From the NCBI GenBank assembly GCA_964016885.1, contig OZ024741.1, forward strand, positions 303,552,001 to 303,616,000: a stretch of 64,000 bases of DNA. Direction: 5' to 3'. This DNA is from Eledone cirrhosa (lineage: Eukaryota). The notes under the pieces are model-generated. The model made no database searches. It saw only the letters and a program-made list of their open reading frames with translations, and was not told the DNA's origin. The stretch's first letter is position 1. Each line of letters opens with the position of its first letter. The position numbers and the translations under genes are program-made. Below, in pieces: positions 21,601 to 39,600 of this stretch.

Positions 21601-24600
21601 AACACCAACATAACTACCAACAACAACACACCCTCAATCAACACCAACATCACTACCAACAACAATACTAACACAATCAACACCAACATCACTACAAACA
21701 CCAACACAACCACAATCAACACCAACATAACTACCAACAACAACACACCCTCAATCAACACCAACATCACTACCAACAACAATACTAACACAATCAACAC
21801 CAACATCACTACCAACAATATCACAACCACAATCAACACCAACATAACTACCAACAACAATACAACCACAATCAACACCAACATCACTACCAACAACAAT
21901 ACTAACACAATCAACACCAACATCACTACAAACACCAACACAACCACAATCAACACCAACATAACTACCAACAACAACACAACCACAATCAACACCAACA
22001 TGACTACCAACATCAACACAACCACAATCAACACCAACATCAGAACAACCACCAACACGACCACAATCAACACCAACATCACTACCAACAACAAAACAAC
22101 CACAATCAACACCAACATCACTACCAGCAACAACACAACCACAATCGACAGCAACATCACTCCCAACAACAATACAACCACAATCAACACCAACATCACT
22201 ACCAGTAACAGCACAACCACAATCAACACCAACATCACTACCAACAACAACACAACCACAATCAACACCAACATCACTACCAACAACAACACAACCACAA
22301 TCAACACCAACATCACTACCAAAAACAACACAAGCACAACGTAAAACCAACATCACTACCAACAACAACACAACCACAATCAACACCAACATCACTACCA
22401 ACAACAACACAACCACAATCAACACCAACATCACTACCAACAACAACACAACCACAATCAACACAAGCATCACTACCAGTAGCAACACAACCACAATCAA
22501 CACCAACATAAATACCAGGAACAAGACAACCACAATCAACACCAACATCACTACCAAAAACAACACAACCACAATCAACACCAACATCACTACCAACAAC
22601 AACACAAGCACGATCAACACCAACATCACTACCAACAACAACACAACCACAATAAACACCAACATCACTACCAACAACAACACAACCACAATCAACAGAA
22701 ACATCACTCCCAACAACAACACAACCACAATCAACACCAACATCACTACCAGCAACAATACAAATTCAATCAACACCAACATCACTACCAACAACAATAC
22801 AACCTCAATCAACACTAACATCACTACCAAAACAATACAACCACGATCAACACCAACATCACTACCAACAACAGTACAACCACAATTAACCCCAACATCA
22901 CTACCAACAACAACACAACCACAATAAACGCCAACATCACTACCAACAACAATACAAACACAATCAACACCAACATTACTACCAACAACAACACAACCAC
23001 AATCAACAGCAACATCACTCCCAACAACAATACAACCACAATCAACACCAACATCACTACCAACAACAACACAAACACAATCAACACCAACATCACTACC
23101 AACAACAATGCAACCACAATCAACACCAACATCACTACCAACAACAATACAACCACAATCAACACCAACATCACTACCAACAACAACAGAACCACAATCA
23201 ACACCAACATCACTGCCAACAACAACACAACCACAATCAACACCAACATCACTACCAACAACAAGACAACCACAATCAACACCAACATCAATAGAAACAC
23301 CAACATAACCACAATCAACTCCAACATCACTACCAACAACGACACAACCACAATCAACACTAACATCACTACCAGCAACAATACAACCACAATCAACACC
23401 AACATCACTACCAACAACAACACAACCACAATCAACACGTACGTCACTACAACCACCAACACAACCACAATCAACACCAACATCACTACCAACAACAATA
23501 CAACCACAATCCACAGCAACATAACTATCAACAACAACACAACCACAATCAACACCAACATCACTACCAACAACAACACAACCACAATCAACACAAACAT
23601 CACTACCAGTAGCAACACAACCACAATCAACACCAACATAAATACCAGTAACAAGACAACCACAATCAACACTAACATCACTACCAACAACAACACAACC
23701 ATAATCAACACCAACATCACTACCAACAACAACACAAGCACAATCAACACCAAGATCACTACCAACAACACAACCACAATAAACACCAACATCACTACCA
23801 ACAACAACACAACCACAATCAACAGCAACATCACACCCAACAAAAATACAACCACAATCAACACCAACATCACTACCAGTAACAACACAACCACAATCAA
23901 CACCAACATCACTACCAACAACAACACAACCACAATCAACACCAACATCACTACCAACAACAACACAACCACAACGTAACACCAATATCACTACCAACAA
24001 CAACACAACCACAATCAACACAAACATCACTACCAGCAACAACACAACCTCAATCAACACCAACATCACTACCAACGACAATACAACCTCAATCAACACC
24101 AACATCACTACCAACAACAATACAACCACAATCAACACCAACATCACTACCAACAACAACACAACCACAACGTAACACCAATATCACTACCAACAACAAC
24201 ACAACCACAATCAACACCAACATCACTACCAGTAACAATACAACCTCAATCAACACCAACATCACTACCAGCAACAATACAACCTCAATCAACACCAACA
24301 TCACTACCAACAACAACACAACCACAATAAACACCAACATCACTACCAACAACAATACAACCACAATCAACACCAACATCACTACCAACAACAACACAAG
24401 CACGATCAACACCAACATCACTACCAACAACAACACAACCACAATAAACACCAACATCACTACCAACAACAACACAACCACAATCAACAGCAACATCACT
24501 CCCAACAACAATACAACCACAATCAACACCAACATCACTACCAACAACAACACAAACACAATCAACACCAACATCACTACCAACAACAATGCAACCACAA

Positions 24601-27600
24601 TCAACACCAACATCACTACCAACAACAATACAACCACAATCAACACCAACATCACTACCAACAACAACAGAACCACAATCAACACCAACATCACTGCCAA
24701 CAACAACACAACCACAATCAACACCAACATCACTACCAACAACAAGACAACCACAATCAACACCAACATCAATAGAAACACCAACACAACCACAATCATC
24801 TCCAACATCACTACCAACAACAACACAACCACAATCAACACTAACATCACTACCAGCAACAATACAACCACAATCAACTCCAACATCACTACCAACAACA
24901 ACACAACCACAATCAACACCAACATCACTACCAACAAAAATACAACCACAATCAACACCAACATCACTACAACCACCAACACAACCACAATCAACACCAA
25001 CATCACTACCAACAACAAGACAACCACAATCAACACCAACATCAATAGAAACACCAACACAACCACAATCAACACCAACATCACTGCCGACAACAATACA
25101 ACCACAATCAACACCAACATCACTACCAACAACAATACAACCACAATCAACACCAACATCACTACCAACAACAACACAATCACGATCAACACCAACATCA
25201 CTACCAGTAACAACACAACCACAATCAACAGCAACATAACTACCAACAACAACACAACCACGATCAACACCAACATCACTACCAACAACAACACAGGCAC
25301 AATCAACACCAACATCACTACCAACAACAACACAACCACAATAAACACCAACATCACTACCAAAAACAACACAACCACAATCAACACCAACATCACTACA
25401 ACCACCAACACAACCACAATCAACACCAACATCACTACAACAACAACACAACCACAATCAACACCAACATCACTACCAGTAACAGCACAACCACAATCAA
25501 CACCAACATCACTACCAACAACAACACAACCACAATCAACACCAACATTACTACCAACAACAACACAACCACAATCAACACCAACATCACTACCAACAAC
25601 AACACAAGCACAATCAACACCAACATCACTACCAACAACAACACAACCACAATAAACACCAACATCACTACCAAAAACAACACAACCACAATCAACACCA
25701 ACATCTCTACCAACAACAACACAACCACAATCAACACCAATATCACTACAACAACAACACAACCACAATCAACACCAACATCACTACCAGTAACAACACA
25801 ACCACAATCAACACCAACATCACTACCAACAACAACACAACCACAATCAACACCAACATCACTACCAACAACAACACAACCACAATCAACACCAACATCA
25901 CTACCAACAACAACACAAACACAATCAACACCAACATCACTACCAACACAATCACAATAAACAGCAACATCACTCCCAACAACAATACAACCACAATCAA
26001 CACCAACATCACTACCAACAACAACACAAACACAATCAACACCAACATCACTACCAACAACAATGCAACCACAATCAACACGAACATCACTACCAACAAC
26101 AATACAACCACAATCAACACCAACATCACTACCAACAACAATACAACCTCAATCAACACCAACATCACTACCAACAACAATACAACGACAATCAACACCA
26201 ACATCACTACCAACAACAATACAACCACAATCAACACCAACATCACTACCAACAACAACAGAACCACAATCAACACCAACATCACTGCCAACAACAACAC
26301 AACCACAATCAACACCAACATCACTACCAACAACAAGACAACCACAATCAACACCAACATCAATAGAAACACCAACACAACCACAATCAACTCCAACATC
26401 ACTACCAACAACAACACAACCACAATCAACACCAACATCACTACCAACAAAAATACAACCACAATCAACACCAACATCACTACAACCACCAACACAACCA
26501 AAATCAACACCAACATAACTACCAGCAACAACACAACCACAATCATCACCAACATCACTATCAACAACAATACAACCACAATCAACACCAACATCACTAC
26601 CAACAAAAACACAACCACAATCAACACCAACATCACTGCCGACAACAATACAACCACAATCAACACCAACATCACTACCAACAACAATACAACCACAATC
26701 AACACCAACATCACTACCAACAACAACACAATCACGATCAACACCAACATCACTACCAGTAACAACACAACCACAATCAACAGCAATATAACTACCAACA
26801 ACAACACAACCACGATCAACACCAACATCACTACCAACAACAACACAGGCACAATCAACACCAACATCACTACCAACAACAACACAACCACAATCAACAC
26901 CAACATCACTACCAAAAACAACACAACCACAATCAACACCAACATCACTACAACCACCAACACAACCACAATCAACACCAACATCACTACAACAACAACA
27001 CAACCACAATCAACACCAACATCACTACCAGTAACAGCACAACCACAATCAAACCAACAACACTACCAACAACAACACAACCACAATCAACACCAACATC
27101 ACTACCAACAACAACACAACCACAATCAACACCAACATCACTACCAACAACAACACAAGCACAATCAACACCAACATCACTACCAACAACAACACAACCA
27201 CAATAAACACCAACATCACTACCAAAAACAACACAACCACAATCAACACCAACATCTCTACCAACAACAACACAACCACAATCAACACCAATTTCACTAC
27301 AACAACAACACAACCACAATCAACACCAACATCACTACCAGTAACAACACAACCACAATCAACACCAACATCACTACCAACAACAACACAACCACAATCA
27401 ACACCAACATCACTACCAACAACAACACAACCACAATCAACACCAACATCACTACCAACAACAACACAAACACAATCAACACCAACATCACTACCAACAC
27501 AATCACAATAAACAGCAACATCACTCCCAACAACAATACAACCACAATCAACACCAACATCACTACCAACAACAACACAAACACGATCAACACCAACATC

Positions 27601-30600
27601 ACTACCAACAACAATGCAACCACAATCAACACGAACATCACTACCAACAACAATACAACCACAATCAACACCAACATCACTACCAACAACAATACAACCT
27701 CAATCAACACCAACATCACTACCAACAACAATACAACGACAATCAACACCAACATCACTACCAACAACAATACAACCACAATTAACCCCAACATCACTAC
27801 CAACAACAACACAACCACAATAAACACCAACATCACTACCAACAACAATACAACCACAAGCAACACCAACATCTCTACCAACAACAACACAAACACAATC
27901 AACACCAACATCACTACCAACACAATCACAATAAACAGCAACATCACTCCCAACAACAATACAACCACAATCAACACCAACATCACTACCAACAACAACA
28001 CAAACACAATCAACACCAACATCACTACAAACAAAAATGCAACCACAATCAACACGAACATCACTACCAACAACAATACAACCACAATCAACACCAACAT
28101 CACTACCAACAACAATACAACGACAATCAACACCAAGATCACTACCAACAACAATACAACCACAATTAACCCCAACATCACTACCAACAACAACACAACC
28201 ACAATAAACACCAACATCACTACCAACAACAATACAACCACAATCAACACCAACATCACTACCAACAACAACACAACCACAATCAACAGCATCATCACTC
28301 CCAACAACAATACAACCACAATCAACACCAACATCACTACCAACAACAACACAAACACGATCAACACCAACATCACTACCAACAACAATGCAACCACAAT
28401 CAACACCAACATCACTACCAACAACAATACAACCACAATCAACACCAACATCACTACCAACAACAACAGAACCACAATCAACACCAACATCACTGCCAAC
28501 AACAACACAGCCACAATCAACACCAACATCACTACCAACAGCAAGACAACCACAATCAACACCAACATCAATAGAAACACCAACACAACCACAATCAACT
28601 CCAACATCACTACCAACAACAACACAACCACAATCAACACTAACATCACTACCAGCAACAATACAACCACAATCAACTCCAACATCACTACCAACAACAA
28701 CACAACCACAATCAACACCAACGTCACTACAACCACAATCAACACCAACGTCACTACAACCACAATCAACACCAACGTCACTACAACCACCAACACAACC
28801 ACAATCAACACCAACATAACTACCAACAACAACACAACCACAATCATGACCAACATCACTATCAACAACAATACAACCTCAATCAACACCAACATCACTA
28901 CCAACAACAATACAACCACAATAAACACCAACATCACTACAACCACCAACACAACCACAATCAACACCAAGATAACTACCAAGAACAACACAACCACAAT
29001 CATCACCAACATCACTATCAACAACAATACAACCACAATCAACACCAACATCGCTACCAACAAAAACACAACCACAATCAACACCAACATCACTGCCAAC
29101 AACAACACAACCACAATCAACACCAACATCACTACCAACAACAACACAACCACAATCAACACCAACATCACTACCAACAACAACACAAGCACAATCAACA
29201 CCAACATCACTACCAACAACAACACAACCACAATAAACACGAACATCACTACCAAAAACAACACAACCACAATCAACACCAACATCTCTACCAACAACAA
29301 CACAAGCACAATCAACACCAACATCACTACCAACAACAACACAACCACAATCAACACCAACATTACTACCAACAACAACACAACCACAATAAACACCAAC
29401 ATCACTACCAACAATAATACAATCACAATCAACACCAACAGTACTACCATCAACAACACAACCACAATCAACAGCAACATCACTCCCAACAACAATACAA
29501 CCACAATCAACACCAACATCACTACCAGTAACAACACAACCACAATCAACACCAACATCACTACCAACAACAACACAACCACAATCAACACCAACATCAC
29601 TACCAACAACAACACAACCACAATCAACACCAACATCACTACCAACAACAACACAACCACAATCAACACCAACATCACTACAAACAACAACACAACGACA
29701 ATCAACACCAACATCACTACCAACAACAACACAACCACAATCAACACCAACAATACTACCAGCAACAATACAACCACAATCAACACCAACATCACTACCA
29801 ACAACAATACAACGACAATCAACACCAACATCACTACCAACAACAACACAACCACAATCAACACCAACATTACTACCAACAACAACACAACTACAATAAA
29901 CACCAACATCACTACCAACAACAATACAACCACGATCAACACCAACATCACTACCAACAACAACACAACCACAATCAACAGTAACATCACTCCCAACAAC
30001 AATACAATCACAATCAACACCAACATCACTACCAACAACAACACAAACACAATCAACACCAACATCACTACCAACAACAATACAACCACAATCAACACCA
30101 ACATCAATAGAAACACCAACACAACCACAATCAACTCCAACATCACTACCAACAACAACACAACCACAATCAACACTAACATCACTACCAGCAACAATAC
30201 AACAACAATCAACTCCAGCATCACTACCAACAACACAACCACAATCAACACCAACGTCACTACAACCACAATCAACACCAACGTCACTACAACCACCAAC
30301 ATAACCACAATCAACACCAACATCACTACCAACAACAATACAACCACCAACACAACCACAATCAACACCAACATCACTACCAACAACAATACAACCACAA
30401 TCAACACCAACATCACTACAACCACCAACACAACCACAATCAACACCAACATAACTACCAACAACAATACAACCACAATCAACACCAACATCACTACCAA
30501 CAAAAACACAACCACAATCAACACCAACATCACTGCCAACAACAATACAACCACAATCAACACCAACATCACTACCAACAACAATAGAACCACCATCAAC

Positions 30601-33600
30601 ACCAACATCACTACCAACAACACAATCACGATCAACACCAACATCACTACCAGTAACAACAGAACCACAATCAACACCAACATCACTACAACCACCAACA
30701 CAACCACAATCAGCACCAACATCACTACCAACAACAATACAACCTCAATCAACACCAACATAACTACCAACAACAACACAACCAAAATAAACACCAACAT
30801 CACTACCAACAACAACACAACCACAATAAACACCAACATCACTACCAAAAACAACACAACCACAATCAACACCAACATCTCTACCAACAACAACACAACC
30901 ACAATCAACACCAATATCACTACAACAACAACACAACCACAATCAACACCAACATCATAACCAACAACAACAAAACCACAATCAACACCAACATCACTAC
31001 CGACAACAACACAACCACAATCAACACCAACATCACTACCAACAACAACACAACCACAATCAACACCAACATCACTACCAACAACAACACAACCACAATC
31101 AACACCAACATCACTACCAACAACAACACAACCACAACGTAACACCAACATCACTACCAACAACAACACAACTACAATCAACACCAACATCTCTACCAAC
31201 AATAACACAACCACAATCAACACCAATATCACTACAACAACAACACAACCACAATCAACACCAACATCATTACCAACAACAACACAAACACAATCAACAC
31301 CAACATCACTACCAACAACAACACAACCACAATCAACACCAACATCACTACCAACAACAACACAACCACAATCAACACCAACATCACTACCAACAACAAC
31401 ACAACCACAATCAACACCAACATCACTACAAACAACAACACAACGACAATCAACACCAACATCACTACCAACAACAACACAACCACAATCAACACCAACA
31501 ATACTACCAGCAACAATACAACCACAATCAACACCAACATCACTACCAACAACAATACAACGACAATCAACACCAACATCACTACCAACAACAACACAAC
31601 CACAATCAACACCAACATCACTACCAACAACAACACAACTACAATAAACACCAACATCACTACCAACAACAATACAACCACAATCAACACCAACATCAAT
31701 AGAAACACCAACACAACCACAATCATCTCCAACATCACTACCAACAACAACACAACCACAATCAACACTAACATCACTACCAGCAACAATACAACAACAA
31801 TCAACTCCAGCATCACTACCAACAACAACACAACCACAATCAACACCAACGTCACTACAACCACAATCAACACCAACGTCACTACAACCACCAACACAAC
31901 CACAATCAACACCAACATCACTACCAACAACAATACAACCACAATCAACACCAACATCACTACAACCACCAACACAACCACAATCAACACCAACATAACT
32001 ACCAACAACAATACAACCACAATCAACACCAACATCACTACCAACAAAAACACAACCACAATCAACACCAACATCACTGCCAACAACAATACAACCACAA
32101 TCAACACCAACATCACTACCAACAACAATAGAACCACCATCAACACCAACATCACTACCAACAACAACACAATCACGATCAACACCAACATCACTACCAG
32201 TAACAACAGAACCACAATCAACACCAACATCACTACAACCACCAACACAACCACAATCAGCACCAACATCACTACCAACAACAATACAACCTCAATCAAC
32301 ACCAACATCACTACCAACAACAACACAAACAAAATAAACACCAACATCCACTACCAACAACAACACAATCACAATCAACACCAACATCACTACAACCACC
32401 AACACAACCACAATCAACACCAACATCACTACAACAACAACACAACCACAATCAACACCAACATCACTACCAGTAACAACACAACCACAATCAACACCAA
32501 CATCACTACCAACAACAATACAACCACAATCAACACCAACATCACTACAACCACCAACACAACCACAATCAACACCAACATAACTACCAACAACAATACA
32601 ACCACAATCAACACCAACATCACTACCAACAAAAACACAACCACAATCAACACCAACATCACTGCCAACAACAATACAACCACAATCAACACCAACATCA
32701 CTACCAACAACAATAGAACCACCATCAACACCAACATCACTACCAACAACAACACAATCACGATCAACACCAACATCACTACCAGTAACAACAGAACCAC
32801 AATCAACACCAACATCACTACAACCACCAACACAACCACAATCAGCACCAACATCACTACCAACAACAATACAACCTCAATCAACACCAACATAACTACC
32901 AACAACAACACAACCAAAATAAACAGCAACATCACTACCAACAACAACACAATCACAATCAACACCAACATCACTACAACCAACAACACAACCACAATCA
33001 ACACCAACATCACTACAACAACAACACAACCACAATCAACACCAACATCACTACCAGTAACAACACAACCACAATCAACACCAACATCACTACCAACAAC
33101 AACACAACCACAATCAACACCAACATCACTACCAACAACAACACAAGCACAATCAACACCAACATCACTACCAACAACAACACAACCACAATAAACACCA
33201 ACATCACTACCAAAAACAACACAACCACAATCAACACCAACATCTCTACCAACAACAACACAACCACAATCAACACCAATATCACTACAACAACAACACA
33301 ACCACAATCAACACCAACATCATAACCAACAACAACAAAACCACAATCAACACCAACATCACTACCGACAACAACACAACCACAATCAACACCAACATCA
33401 CTACCAACAACAACACAACCACAATCAACACCAACATCACTACCAACAACAACACAACCACAATCAACACCAACATCACTACCAACAACAACACAACCAC
33501 AACGTAACACCAACATCACTACCAACAACAACACAACTACAATCAACACCAACATCTCTACCAACAACAACACAACCACAATCAACACCAATATCACTAC

Positions 33601-36600
33601 AACAACAACACAACCACAATCAACACCAATATCACTACAACAACAACACAACCACAATCAACACCAACATCACTACAACCACCAACACAACCACAATCCA
33701 CACAAACATAACTACCAACAACACAACCACAATCAACACCAACATCACTACCAACAACAATACAATCACAATCAACACCAACATCACTATCAGCAACAAT
33801 ACAATCACAATCAATCAACACCAACATCACTACAACCACCAACACAACCACAATCAACACCAACATAACTACCAACAACAACAATACAACCATAATCAAC
33901 ACCAACATAACTACCAACAACAACACAACCACAATCAACACCAACATCACTACCAACAACTATACAACCACAATCAACACCAACATAACTACCAACAACA
34001 ACACAACCAAAATCAACACCAACATAACTACCAACAACAACACAAACACAATCAACACCAACATCACTACCAGCAACTATACAACCACAATCAACACCAA
34101 CATCACTACCAACAACAATACAAACACAATCAACACCAACATCACTACCAACAACAACACAACCACAATCAATACCAACATCACTACCAACAACAACACA
34201 ACCACAATCAACACCAACATCACTACCAACAACAACACAACCACAATCAACACCAACATCACTACCAGTAACAACACAACCACAATCAACACCAACATAA
34301 CTACCAGTAACAACACAACCACAATCAACACCAACATCACTACCAACAACAATACAACATCAATCAACACCCATATCACTACAACCACCAACACAACCAC
34401 AATCAACACCAACATCACTACAACCACCAACACAACCACAATCAACACCAACATAACTACCAACAACAACACAACCACAATCAACACCAACATAACTACC
34501 AACAACAACACAACCACAATCAACACCAACATCACTACCAACAACAATACAAACACAATCAACACCAACATCATTACAACCACCAACACAACCACAATCA
34601 ACACCAACGTAACTACCAACAACAACACAACCACAATCAACACCAACGTAACTAGCAACAACAACACAACCACAATCAACAGCAACATCACGCCCAACAA
34701 CAATACAACACAACCACAATCAACACCAACATGACTACCAGTAACAACACAACCACAATCAATACCAATATAACTACCAGTAACAGGACAACCACAATCA
34801 ACACCAACATCACTATCAACAACAATACAACCACAATCAACACCAACATCACTACCAACAACAACACAACCACAATCAACGCCAACATCACTGCCAACAA
34901 TAATACAACCACAATCAATACCAACATCACTACCAATAACAATACAACCACAATCAACACCAACATCACTACCAACAACAACACAACCACAATCAACACC
35001 AACATCACTACCAGTAACAACACAACCACAATCAACACCAACATAACTACCAACAACACAACCACAATCAACACCAACATCACTACCAACAAGAACACAA
35101 CCACAATCAACACCAACATCACTACCAACAAGAACACAACCACAATCAACACCAACATAACTACCAACAACAACACAACACAACCACAATCAACACCAAC
35201 ATCACTACCAACAACAACACAACCACAATCAACACCAACATCACTACCAACAACAACACAACCACAATCAACACCAACATGACAACCAACAACAACACAA
35301 CCACAATCAACAACAACATCACTACCAACAACAACACAACCACAATCAACACCAACATCACTACCAACAACAACACAACACAACCACAATCAACACCAAC
35401 ATCACTACCAGTAACAACACAACCACAATCGATACCAAAATAACTACCAGTAACAAGACAACCACAATCAACATCAACATCACTACCAACAACAACACAA
35501 CCACAATCAACACCAACATCACTACCAACAACAACACAACCACAATAAACACCAACATCACTAACAACAACACCACATCCACAATCAACACCAACATCAC
35601 TACCAGTAACAACACAACCACAATCAACACCAACATCAGTACCAACAGCAATACAACCACAATCAACACCAACATCGCTACCAGCAACAATACAACCACA
35701 ATCAACACCAACATCACTACCAACAACAATACAACCACAATCAACACCCACATCACTACAACCACCAACACAACCACAATCAACACCAACATAACTACCA
35801 ACAACACAACCACAATCAACACCAACATCACTACCAACAACAATACAATCACAATCAACACCAACATCAGTACCAACAACAATACAATCACAATCAACAC
35901 CAACATCACTATCAACAACAATACAACCACAATCAACACCAACATCACTACAACCACCAACACAACCACAATCAACACCAACATAACTACCAACAACAAT
36001 ACAATCACAATCAACACCAACATCACTATCAACAACAATACAACCACAATCAACACCAACATCACTACAACCACCAACACAACCACAATCAACACCAACA
36101 TAACTACCAACAACATCACAACCACAATCAACACCAACATAACTACCAACAACAACACACCCTCAATCAACACCAACATCACTACCAACAACAATACTAA
36201 CACAATCAACACCAACATCACTACAAACACCAACACAACCACAATCAACACCAACATAACTACCAACAACAACACACCCTCAATCAACACCAACATCACT
36301 ACCAACAACAATACTAACACAATCAACACCAACATCACTACCAACAACATCACAACCACAATCAACACCAACATAACTACCAACAACAATACAACCACAA
36401 TCAACACCAACATCACTACCAACAACAATACTAACACAATCAACACCAACATCACTACAAACACCAACACAACCACAATCAACACCAACATAACTACCAA
36501 CAACAACACAACCACAATCAACACCAACATGACTACCAACATCAACACAACCACAATCAACACCAACATCAGAACAACCACCAACACAACCACAATCAAC

Positions 36601-39600
36601 ACCAACATCACTACCAACAACAAAACAACCACAATCAACACCAACATCACTACCAGCAACAACACAACCACAATCGACAGCAACATCACTCCCAACAACA
36701 ATACAACCACAATCAACACCAACATCACTACCAGTAACAACACAACCACAATCAACACCAACATCACTACCAACAACAACACAACCACAATCAACACCAA
36801 CATCACTACCAACAACAACACAACCACAATCAACACCAACATCACTACCAAAAACAACACAAGCACAACGTAAAACCAACATCACTACCAACAACAACAC
36901 AACCACAATCAACACCAACATCACTACCAACAACAACACAACCACAATCAACACCAACATCACTACCAACAACAACACAACCACAATCAACACAAGCATC
37001 ACTACCAGTAGCAACACAACCACAATCAACACCAACATAAATACCAGGAACAAGACAACCACAATCAACACCAACATCACTACCAAAAACAACACAACCA
37101 CAATCAACACCAACATCACTACCAACAACAACACAAGCACGATCAACACCAACATCACTACCAACAACAACACAACCACAATAAACACCAACATCACTAC
37201 CAACAACAACACAACCACAATCAACAGAAACATCACTCCCAACAACAACACAACCACAATCAACACCAACATCACTACCAGCAACAATACAAATTCAATC
37301 AACACCAACATCACTACCAACAACAATACAACCTCAATCAACACTAACATCACTACCAAAACAATACAACCACGATCAACACCAACATCACTACCAACAA
37401 CAGTACAACCACAATTAACCCCAACATCACTACCAACAACAACACAACCACAATAAACGCCAACATCACTACCAACAACAATACAAACACAATCAACACC
37501 AACATTACTACCAACAACAACACAACCACAATCAACAGCAACATCACTCCCAACAACAATACAACCACAATCAACACCAACATCACTACCAACAACAACA
37601 CAAACACAATCAACACCAACATCACTACCAACAACAATGCAACCACAATCAACACCAACATCACTACCAACAACAATACAACCACAATCAACACCAACAT
37701 CACTACCAACAACAACAGAACCACAATCAACACCAACATCACTGCCAACAACAACACAACCACAATCAACACCAACATCACTACCAACAACAAGACAACC
37801 ACAATCAACACCAACATCAATAGAAACACCAACATAACCACAATCAACTCCAACATCACTACCAACAACGACACAACCACAATCAACACTAACATCACTA
37901 CCAGCAACAATACAACCACAATCAACACCAACATCACTACCAACAACAACACAACCACAATCAACACGTACGTCACTACAACCACCAACACAACCACAAT
38001 CAACACCAACATCACTACCAACAACAATACAACCACAATCCACAGCAACATAACTATCAACAACAACACAACCACAATCAACACCAACATCACTACCAAC
38101 AACAACACAACCACAATCAACACAAACATCACTACCAGTAGCAACACAACCACAATCAACACCAACATAAATACCAGTAACAAGACAACCACAATCAACA
38201 CTAACATCACTACCAACAACAACACAACCATAATCAACACCAACATCACTACCAACAACAACACAAGCACAATCAACACCAAGATCACTACCAACAACAC
38301 AACCACAATAAACACCAACATCACTACCAACAACAACACAACCACAATCAACAGCAACATCACACCCAACAAAAATACAACCACAATCAACACCAACATC
38401 ACTACCAGTAACAACACAACCACAATCAACACCAACATCACTACCAACAACAACACAACCACAATCAACACCAACATCACTACCAACAACAACACAACCA
38501 CAATCAACACCAAGATCACTACCAACAGCAACACAACCACAATCAACACCAACATCACTACCAACAACAACACAACCACAACGTAACACCAATATCACTA
38601 CCAACAACAACACAACCACAATCAACACAAACATCACTACCAGCAACAACACAACCTCAATCAACACCAACATCACTACCAACGACAATACAACCTCAAT
38701 CAACACCAACATCACTACCAACAACAATACAACCACAATCAACACCAACATCACTACCAACAACAACACAACCACAACGTAACACCAATATCACTACCAA
38801 CAACAACACAACCACAATCAACACCAACATCACTACCAGCAACAATACAACCTCAATCAACACCAACATCACTACCAGCAACAATACAACCTCAATCAAC
38901 ACCAACATCACTACCAACAACAACACAACCACAATAAACACCAACATCACTACCAACAACAATACAACCACAATCAACACCAACATCACTACCAACAACA
39001 ACACAAGCACGATCAACACCAACATCACTACCAACAACAACACAACCACAATAAACACCAACATCACTACCAACAACAACACAACCACAATCAACAGCAA
39101 CATCACTCCCAACAACAATACAACCACAATCAACACCAACATCACTACCAACAACAACACAAACACAATCAACACCAACATCACTACCAACAACAATGCA
39201 ACCACAATCAACACCAACATCACTACCAACAACAATACAACCACAATCAACACCAACATCACTACCAACAACAACAGAACCACAATCAACACCAACATCA
39301 CTGCCAACAACAACACAACCACAATCAACACCAACATCACTACCAACAACAAGACAACCACAATCAACACCAACATCAATAGAAACACCAACACAACCAC
39401 AATCATCTCCAACATCACTACCAACAACAACACAACCACAATCAACACTAACATCACTACCAGCAACAATACAACCACAATCAACTCCAACATCACTACC
39501 AACAACAACACAACCACAATCAACACCAACATCACTACCAACAAAAATACAACCACAATCAACACCAACATCACTACAACCACCAACACAACCACAATCA